In this document: one piece after another, positions 53,620 to 64,000 of the stretch
Layout of the letters: each line of letters begins with the position of its first letter
How positions within the stretch are numbered: position 1 is the first letter of the stretch
Source of the DNA: Chrysomallon squamiferum
Lineage: Eukaryota > Animalia > Mollusca
Reading direction: 5' to 3'
Assembly: GCA_012295275.1 (NCBI GenBank)
Contig: CM022665.1
Span: forward strand, 46,872,001-46,936,000
Length of the DNA stretch: 64,000 nt
Notes under the pieces: generated by a model
Databases searched by the model: none
The model's input: the letters and a program-made list of their open reading frames with translations, nothing else
Told to the model about the DNA's origin: nothing
Made by a program: the position numbers and the translations under genes

Positions 53620-55256
53620 ATGTTATCTGGATTAATATCAGTGATAGCTGTCACCTTGCTCTGTTGTATTCAGGTAAAATGTTTTCATCTCTTTCATCTT
53701 TTTATTATTTGTTGTAAAATCACATTCATGACTTGTTTTTTGTATGACAATCGCCTTGACATGTGTGCCAGTATGTTAATTAACTTAAAATGTTGATAGA
53801 TTTAAACGGTTTCGTTTTCTTCTAAGAAAGTAACTTTTATATGGCCTCCTCCATCTACCCACAAAAACCTTCCTCATTCTCAGTATTTCAATATTAATCT
53901 GATTATGTTAAAGATTTGTGAATTTTTTTTATATCTAATATTATAATAATAATAAAACAGAGTAAAAAACAAAACAACAAACCCAAAACCCAATTAAAAA
54001 AATATATATATATTTAAAGAAATAATAATAATAATAATAAATTATGAATCATAATTTAAAAAAAAGATACCATACAAATCACAATAAATAATTAACAAAT
54101 AAAAATGAATTAACTAATAAATAAACAATAAACAATAAATAATAAAATAATGTACAAAATAGCAGTAAAGAAATAAATAATTACACAAATAATCAAACAA
54201 AGAATTAAACAAACAAATAAACAAACAAATAAACAAGTATCATCACCACAGTTAAACCTGTTTTTTATTTCTTCAGCTGTTCTGATATATTCAAGTACAC
54301 ATAGCTATCTGGAAACACTATTTTATCCCTTAGTCAATCTATTTTTTTTCATTTATTTTAACCATTATGTTAAATATTGTTTTTATTCTAAGAGTAACGT
54401 AACTCGTCATATTTCTCACTAACTTAATGTAAAACAGGAATTTTCTAATTTGTTTGGTTTGTAATCTGTCTGCGGTGCAATTCAGTCTTTGCTGTTATAT
54501 ATATACAAACATATATATGTACATATACAGCTTGTTCGTGCTTTCATTTTTTCATTCAGCTTCGGTAGATATAACAAAATAGTTATTAAAATAGTAAAGT
54601 TTATGACAATTACTAAATACGCTTCCCCCACACTAATTACTAAAAGATCAATTTGAAACATAAAACAACAACTTATTGACGATCAGCTGTGTTGATTCAT
54701 GTCGAGTCGAGAGGTGGGACATGAACATCCTTTTTAACGAGGTTTTCCTGAAGTATTTGAGAGGGGAAACATTCTCTTCTCTTCACTCAAATTTTTAAAA
54801 GTGCTGCAATCCGAGCCTCACCGGAATAAACTTCGGTCACATTTTAAACGACACAGTTTCTTCCTTTTTCACTACAAACGCCACTGTACTTGTGACGGAA
54901 GAATGTTTTTATCGGTCTCATTGTCTCACTGTCTGCTAATTCAGCAAAAGGCTGAGTGGATCGCGGGATTAATCATCACCTCCGGAGTTGTTGGCGTTAC
55001 GGGCTTTTTTTTTTTTTTGTTAGTGAAGATTGTGGAACCATTCCAGAGGAACGGTCACTATCGACTGAACGCTCTGTATTTGCTGTTCTGGTTGTACTAA
55101 CACTTATGTGATTGTTGTGACAAATTACAATCATTCTTTCCATGTATATTATTTTTTTTACTGCTATATTGAATATTCGTCGCTAGCATTTATACAGTTT
55201 CAAAAGTGTCTTGTTGTGTTCTAGAGTACAAAAAGGTGCTGAGGTACATACATACA

Positions 55257-55288
<32 letters not shown>

Positions 55289-58200
55289 CATTCAGGGCTG
55301 TCAAAATTTCCGTAATTTTGCAAAACTTTCCACAAAACACGACACCTTGCAAATAAAAATAATTAATAATACTTTCATCGTTAATTCTTTTCGTTTTTTT
55401 ATAGAAAGATCATTATTACAAATGTGATTGCTTAACGAAGGCCACGGAACTAGATTTCATCATAAAACAAGCAAAAAGATACATGGCACAACTATGATTC
55501 CTTCAAAATCGATTAAATTCTGAGTAACTATTTACGTATAGAGAAAAACGAACACAGTGACATTCACGTTTAGCTTATTGATAACTAAAACACGTTTAAA
55601 GGCAATGTACATGCTACAAACAAATCAGAGGCATACTGAGGCATAAACAGAACAAGAGAACACTGACCATCCAAGCCATCAGTACTATTAATACAGAAAT
55701 ATTTACACACCTTAATATTTTTTCTTTCTTAATTCTCCTTATGCAAGTAGTTTTTATAAACATTTTCACCACTTTCAAGAAAAATATTTTACTGATTACA
55801 GTTTTTTAGCATAGCAAGTTTCCAAAAATTAATTTGTATTAAAATCATCATCATCATCATCACTGTTATTATTATGTTATTGAATACAGCTACAAATTGA
55901 TATATAATTAAAATTATACTACTTTTATTAGCTTTTCAAATCTAAAATACTACAAATGAATAACATTATTATTAAAGCACACGACTCGTTACGATCCGAT
56001 ATTCTGGACACTCTTTTATGTGCTGCAATCGTAACGAGAACCCATTCTTTTCCTTACCCAAAACTCTTTTCTGCGACGGACACGCCCGCTGACCTGTCAG
56101 AAAGCGTGCCCGTCTAAAACGTGTTTCACAACAGCTTGTTCTGATTAGCACATTATTTTTTTTTCACTTAACTATTAAAGCACTGGCAATATTAATCACA
56201 ACTGAATCTTGCAATGATATCAAGTTACAGGAACATGTTTAAACGTCTATTACGTATAATGGTACTGAAAAGAAAATGTAATTATTTTTATTGTTTCAGA
56301 TTTCACTGTGTTCTTTAGGTGCAGAGTGTAAAACAACAGACAACTGTGCCGTAGATAACAGTTTCTGTAATAACAGTGTGTGTCAGTGTAATAATGACTA
56401 CTATCAACAAAACACAGCATGTTTACCTAGTAAGTTGTCATAATATAGACAAGATGGTGCCTTGCGTCTGCTTTTTTTCTTTCTCTTTACATTCGCAATA
56501 ATCGATCAAACATTTGTTTTCTGTCTGTTTTTCTTCAAAACGTACTATCAAGCTAACAAAGTAGTACCAGGTGTGACATAAGATGAGTTGAAATTCAAAA
56601 CATTTACCATGCTGACAGAAGGAGATCATGTGAACAACTAACTGAACAGTGTTACTGTTGAGATTAGAGGTTGATAATAAAAACAGTTCTTACGAATTTG
56701 TATTTAGATTAAATTAACCGAAATAAACATGTTAACTGACTGAACATAATTAAATGTAACGATTACAATTTTACAACTACACATGTAGGGATCGGAGACA
56801 CGAAGAAGCAGATTGCATGTAATCGTAAACAAACACAAGAATAAATCTTTTGTTAAGTCACTTTATCTTTTATTGCATCAGTCTGCATAAAATATTTACT
56901 TGAAGCCCCCCTTTTAAAATTAGAATTACATGAGACAACTCAAGTGAAGTCATTACACAGATTTGTCATTTTAGCAATTGCTTAGAATTATTACCTTTTT
57001 TTTTATTATTAATTGGTCCATTTCTCTAAACAGAGTAAACACTTAACCACAACATACACTGGCTCTAGATACAATTATTTACAGTGAAACTAACAATGTT
57101 ACTTAGGAAACTCATACTTTACAGAAACATTGCTTTTATACAGTATTGAAATAATTTAGAATGGTCTAGTATTACATTTAATAGAAATACTGAAACAAAC
57201 ATATTTTTTGGTTTAAAAGTATATTGTTTAATAATTTCATAAATATGTTATTTGATTGAAATATTTCTGTTACAGAAATTGGTTACAATATGACTTGCAG
57301 GAAACACGATGTGTGCTTGGACTCTCACGCAGTTTGTAGAAGGAAAAGTAAATGTTATTGCATAAAAAAATACTTTTGGAGTTCATCGTCCAGTGTTTGT
57401 AAACCAAGTAAGTAATAATAATCATTAAACAATTATAGGAAATATTAATTTCAAACAGAAAATTAACAATTTTAGCTGATTCTTGAGAATAGGCTAAAAC
57501 CATAATAAAATCTGAAAGGCAAGTTATGCATTTAAGAATGCTAGATTTTTTATAAGCTGATCTTAACATCTTGGACTATTATTGTAACTAAAAAACATAT
57601 TAAAGGTGATGTGATCAACAAGGCAAAAGACAATGTGAAAAGAATGTGAACCCTTAAGTAAATGAAGATTTAGAATTCTTATGGCATTGCCTTTCCACAT
57701 CAGATTTCTGGTTGCTGAGATACGGGGCAGTAAAGACTGGTTACCCAAAATATCAAATTTCAAGGGGCAGAATTTCGAAAAGTACTGGTCATCTGAACAT
57801 TAAATCTGATGTTCATGTGTTTAGATAAACCCAAACTGGAATATCTATTTTTAATGAATATGACATGAACTGATCTTTTCACAGTTTCTAGTGATATTAA
57901 AATTGTATTCTGTTCTTTTTTCTTCTTTAAAAAAAAAAAATGTAAATCTAGGTGTTTAAAATTTTACAAGGTGAACTTATTTAGAATAGCATTTACTATT
58001 TGTTAGAAGGAAAATTTACATTAAGCTGAAAATATATACGGGTTGCTAAAAACTTAGAGATACTGAAGTTTTTGACAAATAATGTTAATAGTAACTGTAT
58101 AATAATAAATTAATTCTAAAATAAAACAGGGTATAACAAGATGTGTTGAAACCAAAGTCTTTTCAACACTTTACTTCATTAATAAATGCCAACACAAATA

Positions 58201-59619
58201 ATGTATGAAAAAATTAAAATCTGAGAATCATATAATCAATGTTTATGTAACTTCTGATACATATTAGTTTTTTGCATATACTATTTTAGAGATATTTAAA
58301 TAAAGCACGGAAAATATTACATATTAAAGTTTTCTATTTATTTTTCTTATTTATTTATATATACATTTTTTTATTTTGGTTTTGGTTTTGTTCGCCAGTG
58401 ACTGATCTGAAAGTAAAGGACATCCGTTTTACAAATACAAATCGTGAAAACACCACAGTGACATGGCAGCAGGATGGTGAGCTTTCTGTAATATCCAGAT
58501 ATAAAATATCATGGACACCAGGCAATGGCACAGAGACTGAATCGAATACCTCAAGAGAATCACTGATAACCAAGCTGAAAGCTGGAACAGAGTACACGGT
58601 GACTGTAACAACAGTTGTTAATGACAACACAAAAACGAAGAGAATTAACGAAACAGCAACAGTTACAACCAGTGAGTGGTGTTTGTTCTTTTGTTCGTCT
58701 AAATGCTAAACTGACGCTAATATATACAGAAAACTTCCATATATGAATTTATATACGATTTCAAAGTAAAAATTAAAGAATTCTGCTTAATGCTTGTTAG
58801 AAATACATTCAACTAATTTTAAATTACATAAATAACAGTGTTTAATAATAAACAACATTTGTTGTTGCTAGTTCAAGCTTTGAAAGGAACATGTACAAAT
58901 ACAGCACAATGTGGAAGACAGTATTTTGCTGAATGTTTTGCTGGAAGATTTTGTCGATGTATTTCTGGACGATACAGAAATATTGACGGAGAATGTCATT
59001 TAGGTATGTGACATAAACACAGTATCTGTTTTCATTTCAATATAGCGCATTGTATTTAGAAGTGACATACTGGAACTTTAAGTAGATGACTGAGGCAAAT
59101 AAAACACATTTTGTGTTGTAATATATAGACTGAGTTGAAAATAACATTTCCAGTCTTTTTAAAGAAATTATCTTGCAGCCAGAAATATAAAATGAACGGA
59201 AAGTATCTCATGTACGAAATAAAAAACTGTAAAAAAATTGAGTAGTAATTGTCAACAATTTTTTGTTGTTCTTCTTGGTGTTTCAATAATGACTCAATGC
59301 CCAGTGATTATAGATGATTATATTTGTGTTTCAGTTGAAGAGTTACGAGTGAGTTCTTTTAGTCACAGCCAAGATTCACCATGGAGTGAGAAATTTTCAT
59401 GGACGTCATCAACAAAACTCTCTAAAGCACCTGACATGTCCATCAGTTACCAGGTTACAGTGAACCCTGGACATTTCTCAAACAACACATCTGGAAATTC
59501 AGTGATTCTGCAGAATCTGAAAGCTGGAAAAAAATATTCTGCTCAGTTTATCACAATGTTTCAACAAGATGAGAAAACTGAAATTGTTAATAATGAAATT
59601 GTTGAATTTACAACACAAA
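53620..59619 (+). CDS. Gene D: 5' part of a fourth EGF/EB-FN3 receptor paralog, 3'-partial near the assembly gap
   Basis: Exons 53620-53673 (MLSGLISVIAVTLLCCIQ|gt), 56300-56429 (ISLCSLGAECKTTDNC..), 57276-57407 (Cys module), 58399-58671 (FN3), 58872-59003 (Cys module), 59335-59619 (FN3). Each is homologous to a gene B exon, with the same phases. Confidence 0.85.
55970..56183. mobile_element. ~192-bp insertion flanked by an 11-bp target-site duplication
   Basis: tattaaagcac at 55970-55980 and 56173-56183. The paralogous introns of B (~37158-37168, reverse complement) and C (~50058-50068) carry the empty site. There is an internal inverted repeat, ctcgttacgat/atcgtaacgag. Confidence 0.75.
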
Positions 59620-59748
59620 GTAATAATCTGTTATCATGTATTTGTTTTCCGTTATTTTTGGGGTACGAAACATAACAAAAGTATTTCACTAATGTACTGA
59701 AACTAAGGGAAAACACACCCACAGACCCGCACACACACACACCGATAT

Positions 59749-59870
59749 TATTCTGCTCATTTTATCACAATTTTTGAAGAAGACGAAAAAAAAAAAACTG
59801 AAATTGTCAACAATGACACAAATGAATATATTTCATATATTTGTGTTCTGGTTATCTTGGGAATGAAAAG
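59749..59870 (+). pseudogene. Degenerate partial copy of the 3' end of the preceding FN3 exon
   Basis: tattctgctcattttatcacaatttttgaagaagacg(a)nctgaaattgtcaacaatga mirrors 59535-59610. No acceptor, and the donor region is deleted. Confidence 0.7.
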
Positions 59871-59943
59871 CACGTGACAGTAATTCGTTTAAAATTCTGA
59901 AGATGAGGAAAATAATTTGTTCTTGATTGGAAAAACATAAACA

Positions 59944-60143
59944 NNNNNNNNNNNNNNNNNNNNNNNNNNNNNNNNNNNNNNNNNNNNNNNNNNNNNNNNN
60001 NNNNNNNNNNNNNNNNNNNNNNNNNNNNNNNNNNNNNNNNNNNNNNNNNNNNNNNNNNNNNNNNNNNNNNNNNNNNNNNNNNNNNNNNNNNNNNNNNNNN
60101 NNNNNNNNNNNNNNNNNNNNNNNNNNNNNNNNNNNNNNNNNNN
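59944..60143. other. Assembly gap (200 N)
   Basis: Run of N. The round size suggests a placeholder for a gap of unknown length. Confidence 0.99.
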
Positions 60144-63100
60144 GGTTGAACTTAGAAAACTTGTGACAGTTGTTAATAGTTTACAGTATACATTGGGTCG
60201 GCAAAAATCGATTATTGACCACATTTTCAAGTTACTATCTCTAGTAGTTTTTACGTACGTCCAAAATCAAAATTAGGTATTCAAAATCGCAATTATTCGG
60301 GACTTATTCGCATGACGTCATTGACTGCACTGCATCTTTCAGTCAAGTGTCATCTGGGAATTTCGTCTGGCTGGTGTGTAAATAGACAAAAAGCAGTGGG
60401 ACTTTTAGCCGTGTTAGTCTTGGTTTACATCAAATTCCATTGAAAATGGTTTACTCGAATTCGGATATGAACTTAACAGTGATATGTTTGTCTGAGAAAG
60501 TTTGGCATAATTCAATAATCTTAGAAGAAATTTCTAGAAAGAAATAGGATAAAACATCAGTAAAAGGAGTGATAAAGCAAGAAAACAAAGACTTTCCAGG
60601 AAAAAAAATGAAATAGGATAAAATGGAGGAAACTATCTGCTTCCAGAAGAACATCAAGACAAAAAGGACAAAAACTGATAAAAATGAAAAATACAAATTC
60701 CGACTGAATAAAAAAGGGCTGAATAGACTGTGCTATTTTAATGACTGTTTTGCAGTATTTGCCGAAGCTGAATGAGAAAATGAATGCACGAACGCAGGCG
60801 TGTCAGAAATTAAAAAATACAATGTTAGTGAGTCATCTAAGATTTTAATGCCTCCACATTTTCTGACATCACTTTTTGAAATGGTAGAACTGAAATTACT
60901 GACTGAGGGAAACAAACAGACACGCACGCACACACACACACACACACACAAACACATAAATACATTAGTCTATAATTATTATTACTGTTACACCTGTTTC
61001 GTAAGAACGCTATATTTGAAAGCCATTGTTATGTTTGGAAATCAGCGGTAGTTTGCAATTGTTTGTATGGTGATTTGAATCGAATCAAGTTCTAAGGATC
61101 ATATATCAGTTATATTAAGTATGCGAAAAGGTCACTTCAAAATAATATTAACCTAAAATGCAATAAGATAAATCACAACTACAGTAGGTCATAGTTAAAC
61201 TACTCCAGCAGACAATTTTGCGCCCTCCGGAAGACCAGCTACTCGGACTGTTCCCCTCAAAATATAGCCCACTTCCATCTTTAAAACATCTTTTGTGGAA
61301 AAAAAAAAAAAAATCACAATTAAACTGCTCAATTTATTTTAGACAACAAGTGTATTTACTACAAAATGCCAACCGTATTAGTATTAAAGAGAAAATATCC
61401 CGTTATACCAGGATGTTGTGTTTCTTTATTTCAGTTTTCTGTCTTCTTCTAGTAACAGAAATAAAAAATGTACAGAAAGATAACAATTATCTACTTGAAC
61501 AAAATCAATATTCAGGAAGCATCGGTTTTGAAGCTACGTTTCTCATCGAATAATTGTGATACAGTCATTAGATTTTGCATCTTTTACTTTTGTATATCTG
61601 ACGAGAGTGTGTGTTTGTTCATTTGTTATGATATATAAATTTCAATTTGGCACCGCCAAATAATTCTGTCAGCAGCTAACCTGCACAAATTAGAAAAGTT
61701 ATGTTTTCTGCTGGGGTGTTTAAAAAATATATATATGTTTTAAACTCTTCACAGTTGAACATTAAGTTAACAGAAAGACCGACTATGACAACAGTTTACA
61801 TTATTCATTATAAATTGAAAAGTTCTGAAATAATTGACAAAAATTAAGTTAGTAAATAATGAATGTTCATACTGACTGAAATAATTGGAAATAAATAATC
61901 GATTTAACTGTGATTATTATTATTATTATTATTATAATCATCATCATCATCATCATTTTATTTATGTCCGTTTTTTATTTATTTATTTATTTATATTTTT
62001 ATTATTTGTTTCTTTGCTTTTATTTTTTAATTATTCATTTATTATATATTTAAATTTTATTACATTATTTATTTTTTAATTATCTATTATCATTTATTTA
62101 TTTATCAAGATTTTTTTTTTTTCAGTTTTTTAACATTAGATAAATATAATAAAATATGTATGTTCGCCATTATCTCACCTGACAGTTTCTTTTGTCGTTC
62201 TTTCACACGATTCCTATCACAAGAAGACTGTCAGTTTTATTTTATATAGAGATTAGGAAGATGATTTGTATGCACATTAACCTGTATTAGGTTCAGTGTT
62301 GACACACTTCCTTAATATCGTCTACACGTAATTTTTGTTATAGTAACTAGATATGTTAACGAATCAGAGAGTTTTGTATTTAATTACTTTATTTATTTAT
62401 TTATTATTACTACTACTACTATTAGTAGTAGTAGTAGTTGTTGTTGTTGTTGTTGTTGTCGTAGTAGTAGTGATAGAATAGCAATTAGATAAATTAATTA
62501 TTCATTGTTTCTCTGGTAGTAGTTACCTTAATTATTCAGTTTTTAATAAGGTAAGGTGTTGATTTTATCGATTTATTACATTATTATTTATTATTATTAT
62601 TATCTTTTTTCTTTTTCCGTTTTTTTTTTTTTTTTTTTTGAGAATCTTGAATTAACTTTTGATGCCGTGATATATTAATAGTTGTTTTTATTTCGTTCTT
62701 AAACAAATGTATGTGTGTCTGTGAGTCGGCCTCGGGTTTCTGAATTTTTCTGTCATTATCTCCAATTCCTTTTTCCGATTATTTTTCACGTTGTGAAACT
62801 GCACATAATCTGTGTGCGTGTGTGTGTGTTTGTGATTCAAGATTATTTGAAGAAATAATGACCTTAATACGATATTTTTCCAGGCGATGTTTTTAAAAGT
62901 ACCCGTCCTTTCTTGTTTTATACAAATAAATACACATATACTTGCGCGCACTCTGACAACAATTAAAACATTATTTGTGAAGTTTTAATTACAAAAATTA
63001 AGGGACTTAAATAAGGATTTGTAATAAAACCAGCTGACATGAAATATCAAATCATACTGTCTTTACTTTTAATAGTACACCCAGAAGCTATATTTACCAA

Positions 63101-63439
63101 CTATTTTAATTGTACTCCTGATCAACAATATTCACGATAAACAAACAAAAGTTAATTATTTCATTTGTATCTAAACTGCATGACATCAACAACGTTTTTG
63201 ACCACGTTTAGACAGCTTGGCAAAGTTCTTCGTTTATATTCAAACTGATCATCATTTATAAAGTATTTTAACCACATAAGTCAAGAACGTAACAATAAAT
63301 TAACATTCAGTATGACAGTTACATTGCCCTGAGACGAGAGAAATATTTTTCATAATCTCATGTTTCAAACTTTGTACCCTACCCTCTCCGACGTTTCTTT
63401 AAATCTCTCTAGATTATTATCACAGTTACTTTACTACAG

Positions 63440-63915
63440 TAATGTGAGAGTACTATCTGTCCTAAAACATCCCTTTAAATCCCTACCGTTAAATCCTTCT
63501 AGCTACTACATGATACTACAGTTTGAGGGTACTACCAATCCTATAACATTTCTTCAGATCTCTCCCTTCAAATCGCTCTAGATTGTTGTTATCATTATTA
63601 GATTGTTATTACCATAATCTAAGAGTTCTACCGATCCTGAAACATCCCTCCCAAGATGATGCACAAACTAAATCTACTACCAAACCTTCTGAATACTCGG
63701 GCTGCTATTAAATACATTTTCTAGGCCTGTTTTGAAAATCGGCTCCAGGCCTAATAATTTATTCAGTTTGAAAACGCGCTGTGTGTCATCTTTTAAAACC
63801 ACTTGATAAAAACAAACAGCGTCAGTATTCAAGACTAACACAAGTACAAGCACAGGAAATGTATGAGGAAGATTTCCAGTTTAAACAACAATGAACCAGT
63901 TTCTGGAGTAACAAT
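63440..63915 (+). repeat. Paralogous copy of the region upstream of gene D (52326-52645)
   Basis: Shared blocks: aatgtgagagtacta.ctgtcctaaa, ttttctaggcctgtt, aatttattcagtttga, tgtgtcatcttttaaaa, caggaaatgtatgaggaagatttccagttt, tttctggagtaac. Both copies are followed by (GT)n. Confidence 0.85.
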
Positions 63916-64000
63916 GAATGGAAAAGAGCTCGATATAGCGCATGTGTGTGTGTTTGTGTGTGTGTGTGTATGTGTGTGATTGTGTGTGCATGCTTGTTTG

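Noticed and set aside
59889-60230. ORFs spanning the N run
   Set aside because: Artefacts of the gap.
60440-60910. Purine-rich stretch resembling decayed coding or LINE sequence
   Set aside because: Multiple stops and no recognisable motif.

Overview
AT-rich, intron-containing animal genomic DNA. An invertebrate, possibly a mollusc, is my inference only. The window is a cluster of four paralogous single-pass receptor genes, arranged A(+) / B(-) / C(-) / D(+). I traced each exon by hand using GT-AG junctions and reading-frame continuity. Gene A (1-16848, 5' end outside the window) is an R3-subtype receptor protein tyrosine phosphatase: FN3 repeats, stalk, TM, a single PTP domain with intact HCSAGVGR but an atypical WED loop, YxN tail motifs and a PDZ-type C-terminus. 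Genes B (38551-20960, about 1650 aa) and C (50632-39632, about 899 aa) are complete and in frame. They share the ectodomain, stalk and TM architecture of A, but the whole phosphatase region is replaced by one exon encoding a ~100-aa tail with an ITAM-like YxxL-x9-YxxL and a YVNV motif. Gene D (53620-59619) is the 5' part of another paralog and is cut off near a 200-N assembly gap. A copy of D's upstream region at the window end suggests a fifth member. The FN3 exons and introns are homogenised between the phosphatase gene and the ITAM genes up to a sharp boundary, and ectodomain length varies by exon-block duplication and deletion. Overall this looks like a candidate paired-receptor system (phosphatase versus ITAM-bearing) built from an R3 RPTP scaffold. 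The function is inferred, not shown.
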